From assembly GCF_009914755.1 (NCBI RefSeq), contig NC_060930.1: a stretch of DNA of 64,000 bases; one strand, written 5' to 3'. This DNA comes from the human T2T-CHM13v2.0 reference genome, Homo sapiens. Shown here in pieces: positions 17,901 through 35,025 of the stretch (position 1 is the first letter of the stretch; each line of letters opens with the position of its first letter). The notes under the pieces are model-generated. The model was not told the origin of the DNA. It was given only the letters and a program-made list of their open reading frames with translations, and searched no databases. A program made the translations under genes and the position numbers.

Positions 17901-18627
17901 TTGTTGCTTGTTTGTTTGAAAATGTCATCATTTAACGTTCATTTCTGAAGATTGTTTTTCACACGTTGGCCTTTAGTTTCTTTCAGTACTCTAGAGATAG
18001 CATTCCATTATCTTCTGGCTTCTATTGTTGCTATTAGAGACAGCTGCCAGTCTCATTGTTGCTCTTTTGTAGATAATGTGTCTTTTTTCTTCTGGCTGGT
18101 TTTTCCATCTTCTCTGTCTTTGGTTCAGCAGTTTTATTGTGAGTTGCATAATTGTGGTTTTCTCTATACTTATCCTGCTTGAGGGTTTGCTGAGCTTCTT
18201 AACCAGTGGGTTAAATGTATTTTATCTGCTTTAGAAAATTCCCAACCATTATCCCTTTGAATATTGCTTCTGCTCTATTTCTTTCTCCTTGCCCTCTGAA
18301 ACTTCAGTTTTACATGGTAGACCTTTCATACTTGTCCTGTATGTCTCTTACATTTGTTTCTTATTTTTTCTCTTTCTTTTTTTCTTCCATGCTTCACTTT
18401 GTATATTTTTCATTGATATGTTTCCAGTTCACAAGTCTTGTATTCAATAGTGTCCAACCTATTGTTAAACTCATATATTGAGTTTTTAAATTTAATTTTG
18501 AAATAATTTACTTTGAAATATTTTTATCAGAAAAGTTGCAAGAACAGTAGAATGAACTCCCACATTCTCTTCATCCAGATTCCTCAGTTAATAGTTTCAT
18601 ATTTTCTCCATCTCTTTTTGTAAAGAT

Positions 18628-18670
<43 letters not shown>
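18628..18670 (+). repeat. (GATA)10 tetranucleotide microsatellite
   Basis: Uninterrupted GATA run read directly. Confidence 0.95.
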
Positions 18671-21600
18671 GTGTATTTTCAAGGATATGATACCTTTTTT
18701 GAATATTTTGAGAGCAAGTTAAGCAAGTTGAAACCTTTATGTCCTATCATCTGTAAATATTCCTATTACTACTTCTCCCAAAGACACTCTCCTACAGAGT
18801 AATTGCCAAGCCTTTCAAATCAGAAAATGGACAGCGATAAATACCAGCATTCAAACCACAGTTCATTATTATCCAACGTTCCAGGCTTATCTTGAAATTT
18901 CTCTACCTCCATCCTTGAATCATCCACTTTTACAAGGAGTCCTTGTTGTTTGTTATGGAAATTGGAACCTACATACTTGTTATTAATTGCTACTGGGGTG
19001 TCATTGCACCTAGGTCCTCTCCATGGTCAGAATTTTGAAATATATGTATGTATTCATGGATATGTACACAGACATATTCACTTGCATTGATAATTTTTTT
19101 TGTTTCTTTCCTCCCTTCCCTTTCACTCTTTCCTTCTTTCCTTCCTTTTGCTCTTTCCTTCCTTCCTTCTTCCTTCTTACCATAACAATAGCAATGAGTT
19201 ATTTTTTTCGCTTCCCCTTTTCATATTTGTAAATTTGTTTTCCCACAGAGAGAAATCCAGCTTCCATTAGCTTCAATATAGATACTTTCTTGATCAATCC
19301 TCCTTTACATAATTAATTTCCTAAAAATGCTAGGTACTGCCATGGCCAACTCATCACTCCTGATTTCATCTCCAGGCAAGTTGTCACTTTTGAACTCTTC
19401 TCCCCACCAAACCCTGGTCTGTTTGATATGCCACTGCCTCCATGCCCCTGTCTCCACCTTCTGGCTGTTAGACACATTGTTAACTGTGCACCCCAACTTA
19501 CTCTTACCTTCACCTCCCTGGTGCTTCTTCTGCTGAGCATACAACTGCCACCATATGTACCCCCTATACATGCTTCCTTGGACACCAGGCACTCTGCTGC
19601 CTCCACATGGCTTTCCCATTATGACTTCTTTTGCCCCTATGCACATCACTATCTGTATGCCCGCCACCCTACTTTCTTGGCTGTTGGACACACTGCTATC
19701 TCTACTGATCCTTTCCACTGCAGTTTTCTCCATATATTGATTTCTTAACTGACGATAGTATATTTTTTCAAATTTAGAATGCCTAAAGAAATCTTTTTTA
19801 TAGGTTAGTTTTACTGAAAATTGTCCATTTCCTCATCAATTTTGCACTTTATTTTCTTAAACATATTCATAAAAATTATTTGTAAATTCTCATTTGCTGA
19901 TTACAATATCTTGATCATCTATAATTGTGTTTCTATTGTGTGTGTTTTTTTCTCTTGATTATTGGGCAAATGAACTTGATCTTCCACATCTAGTAATTTA
20001 AAAAATGTTAGACATTATGTATAATAAAACCATAAAGGGTCCAGATGATATTGCCTTCCACCGAAAGTGTTCCCTTTTTCTTCTGTTGGGCAGGTAGAAT
20101 AGCCTTTGATCACCTCAATCGAGTCAGAGATTATTCTGAATCAGAAGCTGGTTTCAGTTTTGCTAAGTGTACCTCCGATTCACTTCTGTTCTTAGGGTGT
20201 AGCCCTCCAGGGCTTTCAATTGAGAGCCTGGTGGATCTCTGTCTTCCAGCCCTAAAAGATAACAGCAAGTTTTCAGTTTAGCTCTTTAACCTCCTGCTCC
20301 ATAAAGCTTCAAAATTCAGCAACTCGCTTGAAAGGAAGACTGGCAATGTGTTTGGGACACTCTATAGTCTTCTGTGAAGAATAGAGATCTCTTTTGTTGT
20401 TTTCTTTGAGGGACAGCCTGTAGCTTTGCTCAGAATCTGTAAATATTCCCATCAAAAAACCACCTGTAAATTACCAATGTCAATTCCCTACTCCCTCTTA
20501 TGTTTTTATATTTTACTTCTTTTGTTTTGGGGCTCCTCTTTTCCATAGCAGTTCGTTGATTCTCTAGCACCATGACACTGTGGGGGACTTCACTTTGCAT
20601 TTCAGAAGTTTGGGGACTACTGTTTTAGCCTCCATACAGTCTCAGAATTCAGTTAATGTCTTAATCATGTATTTAGGGTTTCTCACACCTTCAGTGAGTC
20701 ACCAAAGCCCCATATAACTGCTAAAAGTTTTGTTAGTTTAACTTTTTTCCGCAGCTGCATCTTTCTGCCTGGACTCAGCCTCATCCTTAGCCTGCACTCC
20801 AACCTGGCAATTTTGCCAAGAGGAAAAAATTGTGGACATCATCAAGTCATTACTGGAAAGTTCTCACTTCTCTGGAATTTTAATCCATTTAGTTCTTGTT
20901 TTTAAAACCCTCTGATTCCTTTATAAATATATAATTTACCTAGGTTTTTCTCGTTGTTAGTCCAAGTGTTGGCCTGCCACACTGACTATATCCTTTCTGG
21001 AAATAGAAATTCTCTCTGTTGCCCTTAATGAATTTAAAAAAATATTTTATACCACTTTATCGTTTATTCTTAGTCCAAAACATGTTTTCTACCATTGTTG
21101 GAAGCAGAAGTTCTGGAATTGGTTTCTATATATTTTCAGATCCCGTAAAAATGAATTAAGGTGAATTTGATTAATGTAAATTAGATTTATGTGAATAAAG
21201 GATAAATAGTTAAGTTCATCATTGTTGCAATTAGAGAAGTGGTACAGGTTCCCCATTCTAGCACTGAGTATTTGAAATCATACCTCTGCTAAGATCCTGC
21301 AAATATTTCAGCTCACTCCCTGTGTGCATTGACACATATTATCAGCCCTCTCTTTTCTTATATTAAACAGGGCCACAAGATGCAACACACGCTTTCTCAT
21401 TGCTTCACAATTTTTTCTTCTTTCACTTTCATTCAGTCACTTCATATCAGCTATGTGTTAAGCATAGGAGATTTGTCAGTGAAAAAAGTATCAAACTCCT
21501 CATCTTTATGGAGATTACATTGTAGTAGGAAGAGACAAACAATAAACAAGAGCAATAACACGCTTCATAGTAGACATATAATTCCAAGCATGTGTACCTA

Positions 21601-23204
21601 TTAGTCTTAAATACAGGAGAGACACTCAAGACAGAAATAAAATGTAATAAAATCCAAACCCTACAGTCTGCAGGGGACTTGGACAAGACCCCAAGATTCT
21701 TCAAGGATAGGATAGGGGGGGACAACCTGTAACAATTAATGAAGGTGTAGTATTCAGCTCTTCTATTTCTACTGATAAAGTTCTTTCTCCATACATTATA
21801 AAACTTAGATTGTTATTGTTTTAAATTGGGAAGGTTGAAAATGTTGTGATGTACAGGAATAAGGAAAATGAATTCTTACGGTCTGTATATCTTGGTTTAA
21901 AAAATGTATGCCCTGGAGTTAAGTTTCAGGTGCCATTTTCCCCTCTCCTATGAGTCTATCCCATACAAATGTTGTAACATCTCCCCAGTTTCTACTGGTT
22001 AGATCAGTATTTGTTTTTGTTTCCAGAATTTTCTGATTTCTTGCTGATCCATGAAATAGGAACTTCTTCTTACCTTCTGAAAATATTAAAAGGAGACTTA
22101 CACCCTTCTTCCTATGCTCACTACTCTTGGTGAAGAGTGATTAAGTGGTGAAAATGGGGAAAAAAAAGCCTATTTTAAAATTCTCTTTCAGATGAACATT
22201 CTCACAAAATACATTTTTCTCTTCTGCCCAGGGTAAACTTACTGGGTCAAGCTGCGCCCTTATAAGAGAGGTCAATAGCTTTACATACATATATTCATTT
22301 TTGCCAGAGGTCCAAGTCACACTCTCTAAATCATCTTAACCAACAACAGAACTGATATTGGGTTCCAAGCTGGCTCCCTTCTCCACTGATTAAGAACCTA
22401 TAGACAAAAGGAGCAATTAGTCTCTCCAAGACACTCAATGAATTTTTTGAGTTACTCCAGAACTCCTAAGGGCCACATCTTCCCCCAGATTTCTGCTATT
22501 TGTATTATTTAAGCATCGCCCTTTCTCTTGAAGACCCATAGTGTGTACGTTTTAGGAGGCAAAAGTTCATAAACGATAAATAGAATAAGAAGGTTATACT
22601 TATACAGAGGAGGCAGATTGGTTGGGGTGGCAGTAGTGATGAAGCGATGAGGATAATGCTGGGGTAAATGTCGATGACAATGTGAGAGAAGCAAAGATGA
22701 TTGACTTGGACCTGGAGTTCAGTACCTTTTCTATTCTTTCCTTTCTCCTGTATGATTAAGGGAGAAGGAAAAATGACTACAAAGAAATAGTATTTTCTGA
22801 CTTCAAAGAGGTTATACATTACTATAATGAGACCTTTTGAAAGGAAATGAAATTTAAAAAATACTAAATCATTGCACTGAAAGTTGTTCATGAAAATTAG
22901 GACTTAGTGGAATCAAAATTACCCTGAAGTCACAATCCATACAAGCAAGATGAACACGGAGTGAAATATTTAAGGTGTTGAAAGAAAAAACCACCAACCT
23001 AGGATTCTGTCCTGGGTCATCCTTCAGAAGTTAGAAGTAATACTTTTAGACAAGTAAAAATCATGGAAATTTGTTATCAGTAGACGTGCTTTGCAAGAAA
23101 TGTTAAAAAAAAAAAAGTCCTTCAAAGAGAAGAAAAACATATAGGCTAGGATATAATTCAGGAAAGGGAGAATGTTACAGAAAGAATAAATAAGGGTAAA
23201 ATAA

Positions 23205-23627
<423 letters not shown>

Positions 23628-24628
23628 TGAAGTGATATAGTGTTACTTAAAAGTAGAATTGGATTATTTGTAAGTGAGTATTTTAAACTCTAGGATAACC
23701 TCTGACAAAAATTTTAAAAAGAAGTATAGTTGATATGGTAAGAGATGAGAAAAAAATGGCATAATATAAAATGCTCAATCAAAATCAGAAGGTCAGAAAA
23801 ACAGTGGAAAACAAAAATAAAAGGAACAAAGCACAAGGGCAATGAATAGATACTATTCACAAATAAGACAGATATAAATCCAACTATATAAATAATAACT
23901 TTAAACATAGTCTAAATATACTAATTAAAAGACAGAGACTGTCAAAGTAGATAAAAAACAAGAACCAACAATATATTGTATACGAGAAACCCACTTTAGA
24001 CATAATGATACAGATAAATTAATATGAAGGAATAGAGAAAGGCATATCAAGCTAACACTAATCAAGAGGAAGCTGAAGTAGCTATATTAATCTCGACAAA
24101 GCAGACTTCAGAACCATAAAAATGATCAGGAATAAGGAGGTGTACTACATAATGGTAAAGGGGTCAATTCTCCAAGAAGACATAACAGCCCTTAATGTAC
24201 AGGCACCTAACAAAAAAGCATTAAAATACATGAGGCAAAAATTTACAGAATTTCTAGGAGAAATAAATAAATCTACTATTTTAGTTGGGGAAGTCAACAA
24301 CCTTCTATCACTAATTGACAGATCCAGCAGGCAGGAAATAAGTAATGACATAATTGAACCAAACAGCACCATCAATCACCTAGATCTTATTGACATTTAT
24401 AGAATACTTCCTCCAACAACAGCAGAATATATATTCTTCTTAAGCTCATACAGAATAGTCACCAAGATAGAACAAATTCTGGATTATCAAACACCCCTTA
24501 ACAAATTTAAAAGAATAGAACTCATATGAAGTATGCTCTAAGACCACAATGGAATTAAACTAGAAATTGATAACAGAAAAATAGCTAGGAAAATCGCAAG
24601 ATATTTGAAGATTAAACAACATACTTCT

Positions 24629-26079
<1,451 letters not shown>

Positions 26080-29000
26080 TAAACAACACAATTCTAAACA
26101 ACAAATGAGTCAAAGAAGAAGTCTTAAGAGAAATTGAAAAATATTTTGAACTAAATAAAAAATGAAAGTACAACTTATCCAAATTTATGGAATGTAGGGA
26201 AAGCAGTGCTTAGGGGGACATTTATGGCATTAAATGCATATTTAGGGAAGAAGAGACACTTAAAATCAGTCAGTAATCTAAGCCCTCAAATTAGAAAATT
26301 AGAAAAAGAAGAGCAAATTAAATACTAAGTAAGCAGAAGAAATAATAAAAATTAGAGTAGAAATCAATGAAATGGAAAACAATAAAGAAAATCAGCAAAC
26401 CAAAAGCTAGTTCTTTCACAAGACAATAGATTCGGTAAGTCTGCAGTCCCACTAGTCAAGAAAAAAGAGAGAAGACACAAGTTCCTAATATCACAAATGA
26501 GAGAGAAGTCATCACTACTGATCCCACAGACATTAAAATAATAATAAAGGAATATTATTAACAACTCTATGCCCACAGATTTGATAACCCAGGTGAAATA
26601 AACAAACTCCTTGAAAGACACAGTATCAAAATTCACAGAACCAGAAATAGACAATTTAAAGAGACCTATATCTATTAAAGAAATTGAATAAATAATTAAT
26701 GTCTTCTAAAACAGAGGGAACCAGGCCAGGAGGAATCACTAGTACATCCTATGAAACATTTAAGGAATTAATGACACAAATTCCATACAATCTCTTCCAT
26801 AAAATAGATGCAGAGAGACTACTTCTTAAGTCATTCTATCAGGGCAATATTACTCTGATACCAAAACCAGAAAAAGACATTATAAGGAAAAAAAAAAAAA
26901 AAAACTACAGAGCAATATCTCTCATGAATACAAGCAACATTCCTCAACAAATTATTAGCAAATCGAACCCAACAATGTAGAAAAAGAATTATACAACATG
27001 ATCAAGTGTGATTTATTTGAGGTGTGCCATGCTTCTTCAACATTAAAAAATCAATTAATGTAATCTACCACATCAACAGGTAAAAGAAGAGAAATCATAT
27101 AATTATATAAATAGATGCAGAAAAAGCATTTCACAAAATCCAACACGCATTCATAATAAAGACTTAGCAAACTGGGAATAGAGGGGAATGTCTTCAATTT
27201 GACAAAGAATAGCTTTAAAAAACATATAGCTAACATCATACTTAATGGTGAGAAACTAAATACTCTCTCCCTAAGATCAAGAATATGACAATAATGTCCC
27301 CTCCCACCACTCCTATTCTACATTGTACTGGAAGTCCTAGCTAATTCAATAAGGTAAGAAAGGAAATAAAAGGTATACAGATCAGGAAGGAAGAAATAAA
27401 GCTGTTTTTGTTCACAGATATCATGATTGTGTAAACAGAAAATCCCAAAGAATAAACCAAAAATCTTCTGGAACTTATGAATGATTAAAAAAACTACAGG
27501 ATAAAAGATTAATAGACAAAAGTCTACTTTTTTCTATAAAACATCAATAAACGAATGGAATTGGAAAGCAAAAACAAAACACCATTTACATTAGCACCAA
27601 AAAAATAAGCTATTTAGGTACAAGTCTAATAAAATATGCATAAAATCTACACGAGGAAAACTACAAAATTTTGATGAAAGAAATCAGAGATCTAAATAAA
27701 TTGTGAGATATTCATGCTTATGGGTAAGAAGACTCAGTATTGTTAAAATGTCAGTTCTTTCTATTGTGCATATAGATTCAATGCAATCCCAGTTAAATAT
27801 CAGCAAGTTATTTTGGAAAGCTATTTCAAAAGTTGATATGAAAAGGCAAAAGAACCAGAAAGCTAACACAAACAAAATTTGGAGGACTGATACTACTTGA
27901 TTTCAAAATGTACTGTATAGTCCTTAAAACAGCTGTGGTATTAGAGAAAAAAATAAATACATCAATATCACAGAACAGAGAGCCCATAAATTGACATAAA
28001 TATAGTCAACTGACCTTTGACAAAGAAGAAGAGGCAATATAATGGAGCAAAAATAGTCTTTTAAACAAATGATGCTGGAACAGCTGGACATCCACGTGGT
28101 AACGAAAATTAATCTGGACACAGAACTTATACCTTCACAAAAATTAACTCAAAATGGATCATAGACATAAATTTAAAATGAAAAAATATAAAGCTTCTAG
28201 AAGATAACAATATCAAAGTGAGAAAATCAAGGTGACCTTGGGTTTGAAAATGAGTTTTTAGAAAAGACACCAAACGCATGATCCATGAAAAAAAAATTTT
28301 AAGTGAGACTTCCATAAACTTAACACTTCTGCTCTGCAAAAGACACTGTTAAGAAAATGATAAGCAAGCCATAGACTGGGAGAAAATATTTGCAAAACAT
28401 ATCTGTTGAAGAATTCGTATAGGAAATATGCAACAAACTCTTAAAATAACAGTAAGAAAGCAAACCTAAGTTTAAAATAGGCAAAAGATCTGAACAGACA
28501 CCTCACCAAAAAAGGCATTCAGATGGCAAATAAGCATACAAGGTACTCTACATTGTATCTCAGCATGGAATTTCAAATTAAAATAACAATGAGATACTAC
28601 TATATACTAATTACGGCAGCTAAAATTCAACATTGACAACACCAAATGCTGATAAGGATGTGGAGCAATAGGAACTCTCATTTTTTTTCTCATGGGAATC
28701 CAAAATAGTACAGCCACTTTGGAAGATAGTTTGGCAGTCTCTTACAAAGCTGAAAATAATCTTACCACATGATCTTGCAATTGTGTTCCCTGGTGTTTAT
28801 CCAAATGAATCGAAAGTTTATGTTCACACAAAAACCTGCAAATAAATATTTATTAATAAGCGCCAAGACTTGGAAACAACCAAGATGCTCTTAAGTGAAG
28901 GTATAAAGACACTGTGATACATCCATAGAATGGAATTTAACTCAACTATGAAAACTAATTAGTTAATTATCAAGCCATAAAGAGACATGCAGGAACCTTA

Positions 29001-29537
29001 AATGCAGGAACCTATTAAATGTTGCTAAGTGAAAGAAGCTAGTAGGAAAAGGCTATATACAATATGATTCCAACTATATGACACCTGGAAAAGACAACAC
29101 AATAGGACAGTCATAAGATCAGTGGTTTCCAGGGTCCCAGGGAAAGGGAGGGAGGGATGCAGAGCATAGTGGACTTTTAGGGCATTCTGTATCATACACT
29201 AATAGTAAATATATGACATTATATATTTGTCCAAACCCTTAGAACTATACAACACAAACAGTGAACTCTAATGTAAACTATGGACTTTAGTTAGTGATGA
29301 TAATTCAATATGGTTCATTGGTTATAATAAATGTACCACACTAATGCAACAAATTGATATTAGGGTAAACTATGCAAGGTGGGGCAGTTGGTGGGGATGG
29401 AATATACGGGAATACAGGAACTCTACTTTTTGCTCAATTTTTCTGTAAACCTAAAACTGCTCTAAAAATAGTTTATTATTTCAAACAAAAAGAAAAGAAA
29501 AGCTACCCTAATAAAAGTTTAGACCCAGCTCTGCTAC

Positions 29538-30433
29538 TGTTGTTGCAGGATCTTTGGGGTGTTGTTTTTCTGGCCAGAAACCTCTGTGGCCAGTGGAGCC
29601 TTTGCCTGAGTTCTTGTCCTGCATCTGGGAAGAATGAGGTACCAGATAAGTGGAAGGTGAACAAGATGAATAGAAGCTTTATTGAGTGTTACAACAGCTC
29701 GGAGGAAACCCACAGTGGGTAATTCCTCTCCATAGACAGGTCATCTTGCGGAATGTTCAGCTCTCAGCAGAGAGGAGGCCCTGAGAGGGTAGCTCCTCTA
29801 TGCTGCTGGTCCTCCCATCCTCTCTCCATCCTCTGCCCTGCTCTTGCTGAGCTGGGGCTTTTATGGACCTCAGAGGGGAGTAAGTGCGTGCTGATTGGTC
29901 CATGGGTGGCCATGGGTGGGCCTGGAGGAGGCACCACAAGTCCCTACTCCAGTCTGCAGGACTGGCAGCCTGGCCCTCAGCCTTCAGGCCCTCCTTGGCT
30001 TGAAGGTGGGGCCTTACTGGGGACCCATCCCCTTCCGCCCAGGAATCTGTCTGTCTCTCCTGCCATTCATAGTCCTGGGGCTCAGTCCCAACCCGGCTCT
30101 GAGATTAGAGCAAGCACAAGGAGAGGAGAGAGGCCAGGCAGTGGGAGTGGACATCCCCGAGCCAGCAGAAATTGAATGGGTGGGGCTTTCCCAGGCCCCT
30201 GGGGATGCAGGCTACAGAGACGCCTAGGTCCTGCACCTGGGAGGGCAGTCACAGCTGCACCCAGCGAGCTCCTGCTCCACCAACTCGGAAGGGGCAGGTC
30301 TCCAACTTGTCCCCGGCTCCTGCCTGCTCTGTGGATGGAGTGGGACAACCAGGTCTGCAGCTGCAGGTCGGGCAGCTGCAGCGGCACCCAGGAGGGCAGA
30401 CCCTGCCTGCTTCTGGCTCCCCCGCTGTCATCA
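29538..30433 (-). mobile_element. ERV1 solo LTR (LTR27/LTR28/MER52 group) splitting a MIR
   Basis: TG...CA termini, 4-bp TSD CTAC (29534-29537; 30434-30437), motifs GGAAGAATGAGGT and GCTTTATTGAG; flanks rejoin to a MIR core. Confidence 0.8.
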
Positions 30434-31079
30434 CTACCAACTGACTGTGATGTTAGGAAAGTAATTTAACTCTTCTGAGCCTCAGTTTCATCATTTATAA
30501 AATGAAAGACCTGAGCTAGATGATCTCTAAGTTTTTCTCCATAGAAGATTCTGTCATTCTGCATCTATCAATATAAAGATGTCTGGCCTCTGACATATAT
30601 TAAGGTAGAAAGAAAGAGGATTTTGAACAAAAATAATTAATCAATTTAAGTAAAACCTAAAGGGACATCTGGCAAATTAAAATTTGCTTAAAATTCCAGC
30701 AAATAAATGAAAATGAATATAATTCTTGGATGAATCTAATGATGGAATGTAATTTACGTGAAAGAAATAATGGGGAAATGGAGCATACATAGGAATTTGA
30801 TGAAGCATTCATTTCAAGAAGAAAGGTAACACCAGATGGCTCAGATATCATAAAATAAAATGGCATTGCCAAATGATAACAAAAAGCTTGTCAATACATG
30901 GAAAGTCTACAAAAATTATGAAATGATGTGTGACTCTTGGAATTATTATCTAGAATTTTCTCATCCTTATGAATCAGACAATTATGTCTACAGAGATGCT
31001 GAAATATAGGCATTGTTTCTGCCCGATATGAATGTGAATCAGAACCTAGGATAGGATATGCACTGACTACCTATCAAGC

Positions 31080-31310
31080 AGCTCAGTGTAATGTTTAAGA
31101 ACCAAAATGCATGGGTTTCCTATCTTAGCTCTGCCATTGACAGGTTGTGTGACTTTGGGCAGTTTATCTAATTTACTCTGTTCTTCCATTTCCTCTTTTG
31201 TAAAATGGAGATAATAGTAACCATCCTCAAAGAGGATAAAATGAGTTAAAATTTGTAAAGTGTAAAGCTCAGAGCCTGACCCATAGTATTAGATGCGTGT
31301 TTGTTATTTT
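31080..31310 (+). mobile_element. MIR
   Basis: AGCTCTGCCATTGACAGGTTGTGTGACTTTGGGCAG...TTTCCTC...TGTAAAATGGAGATAATAGTA core. Confidence 0.75.
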
Positions 31311-31332
31311 TTAAAAAATGCATAAAATTTGA

Positions 31333-31719
<387 letters not shown>

Positions 31720-31725
31720 TAATCA

Positions 31726-32342
<617 letters not shown>

Positions 32343-34167
32343 TGAATACCAGGAAATAACCCCACATATCTCTTTGTACCACCATTTTGCTGCACATAAG
32401 AGAACACTGTACTCCATTGGCTTAAACAAATAGGGGGTTGTTTTTCTTAAATCACAAGAAGTCTGGAAGGTGGTAACTGCCCACTTGGTTCAGCAGGTTA
32501 TTGATATCAGGGCAAATATCTATGAAATTCTCTGTTCTTTCTCTCACGCTTACAAGATGGCAACTGCACCTCCAGCCATGATACGCACAGTGAATTCAAA
32601 AAACAGGGAAAGAAAAGGACTACACTAATAAAATATTTCTCAGCAGTCCTTCCAGCAGATTCTGACTTGACTCAGAATCATGGCTTGGCCCAGCCACCTC
32701 ACTGTATTCCAGGTAATCTTCTAAACGTCCTTGTGGGTCTGATCATCTTCTACAGCCACAGCCTAGACATCAGTGATGTGAGCCATTCATCTGCTTTTTT
32801 TTGACAGGTGAAGTTTTGAGGGGAATGGAAACCGGATGCTGAGCTCCTGGGGGAACAAGGTGTCAGAACAAGCTTTGGTTCTGACAGGCCTGCTAAGGTC
32901 TTCTCTCGGGCGAGGGAAGCTGGAGTCCTCTGGGCTCTCAGTTGGCTAGCGTCACAGATAATTTAAACTGGCTTTTGGCACTTGGCAGGGCAGCTTGGTG
33001 CTAACATCTCTCATGGCAAATCCCATGTCTCTTGAAAACTAAATAATGGTGCTTAGTTTAATTTTGTTGCACTCCTCTTTTGTGCTGGATGTTTATTATG
33101 CTAGTTTCTAAAACTGACTTTCAACTACCTCTGTGGATGACTAACACAGGGGCCCAATAAATGGACTGCAGGCATTTTAGCTGCCTTTAATTCAAGGGAA
33201 AAAGTTACTTAATATGGTAAGAAGTATCAACCCATCCTATCATCCCTGCATTCCACATTTCTGTAATACTGCTTTGTGCAGAGGCTATCAATTTCCCCAA
33301 AGCCTTGCCTTCTATGGACAGAGTCTGGGTACAAAGAGGATAGTTTAATTAGCTGCTTCACATATCTCAAACTATTGGGAAATAAGATTTCCATCTTACA
33401 CAAGAGAGGGAATGCCTGCTGATAACTGCCTCACCTATGGATTGGCTACTTGGATGTGAAGAGCATCCCAGGGCAATTCCTATTATATGGGGGATGGTCA
33501 TTGTGCAGGAATGCCCAAGGGTTGAGATGCCACAGACATCTTGAGAAGATGCCATGATTGCATTTAGTATAATGTGAAAGTGCTTTCTAGATGGCACAGT
33601 ACTATGCAAATGCAGGCATTATTATAGAATTTCAACCAGAGCTGGCCCTTGGAAGATGAGTAGAATTTCAGCAGATGGAGAAGGTAATATGAATCATTAG
33701 TGCTTGAAGGGTGTGGAAAAGTAAAAGTAAATGCTGAGTTTTGGGAGAAAATATGTATTCCTATAATAACGGAATACATAATTATTTAGAAAGATGCAGT
33801 TACAGAAGTTCAAAAACGGGGTTAAGGTCAGCCAAACCACAGAGGATGTTGAATGCCATGCTAAGGGAGTGAGATTTCCTGCAGGTCATGAGAAATCACT
33901 GACAATTTTTTAGGAGAGAAGTAATCTAATCTGATCTATATTTTCAGGAAGATAATCCTAGTGGCAGTGATAAGGATGACATGGAAATGCAAACGTGGAG
34001 GCAGTAAGACCACTTACAGAGCTTACTCAGTAAGGCAACAGCAGGAAAAATAGACTTGAAGGTTCAAATTGGAGAAACGTTGCAGAGAACAAATTACTAG
34101 AATTATACTATTGATGGGAAATTGTGGTAACAACTGTTAGTGGTCTCCTAATATCTCCTTTCTCTCT

Positions 34168-35025
34168 TGGATTAGTCTGCTTGGGCTGCCACAACAAAGT
34201 AACACAAACTGGGTGGCTGAAGTGACAGAAACATATTGTCTCTCAGTTCTGGAGGATATACCTCTGAAATCAAAGTTTCAGTGGGGTTAGTTACTTGTGG
34301 GGGCTGTGCGGGAGAATCTGTTGCACGCCTCTCTCCTTGTTCCTAGTGACAGCAGGCAGTCCTTGATGTTTCTCCCGTGTGTTTCTGTCTTTTCTTCTCT
34401 TTTTCTTTTTTCTTTTCTTTTCTTTCTTTTCTTTTCTGTTCCTCCTCTCCTGTCTTCATTCTTCTTCTTCTTCCTCTTCTTCCTCTTCCTCCTCTTCTTC
34501 TTCTTCTTCCTTTTCTCTCTCTCTCTCTCTGTCTCTTTCTTCTTCTTTCAACAGAGTCTCACTTTGTCACCCAGTCTGGAGTGCAGTAGTGCAAAACCAA
34601 CTCACTGCAGCTTCCACCTTCTGGGCTCAAACAATCCTCTGACTTCAGGACTCCTACTTCAGTCCCAAGTAGCTGGGACTGCAGGCAGATGCCACCACAC
34701 TCGCTTAATTTTGGTATTTTTTGCAGAGATAGGGTTTTGTCATATTGCCCAGGCTGGTCTCCAACTCCTGAGATCAGGCAATCCCCACCTATCTCAGCCC
34801 CCCAAAGTGCTGGGATTACAGGTGTGAACTATCGCACCTGGCCTTTTCTGTTTCTTTATAAGGACACCAGTCATATTAGATAAGGGACTCACCTTACTCC
34901 AGTATGATGTCATCTTGACTAATTATATCTGCAATATCCCTGTTTCCAAATAATGCCACATTCTGAGGTACTGGGAATTAGAACTTCAACATATCTTGTT
35001 AGGGGACACAATTCAATCCAGGACA
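34168..35025. mobile_element. MLT1B/C LTR interrupted by an AluJ (~34390-34843, -) with a (CTT)n/(CT)n tail
   Basis: MLT1 start (GGGCTGCCACAACAAAGTAACACAAACTGGGTGGCT) and end (AAGGACACCAGTCATATTAG...GGGGACACAATTCAA) flank the Alu. Confidence 0.8.

Noticed and set aside
32401-32413. AGAACA-C-TGTACT as an androgen response element (also AGAACAGAACA at 42281)
   Set aside because: Spacing does not match the 3-bp spacer of a canonical ARE; no convincing ARE seen by eye.
34297-34827. 176-aa Phe/Leu-rich and poly-Ser ORFs
   Set aside because: Translations of the (CTT)n/(CT)n Alu tail and the antisense Alu body.
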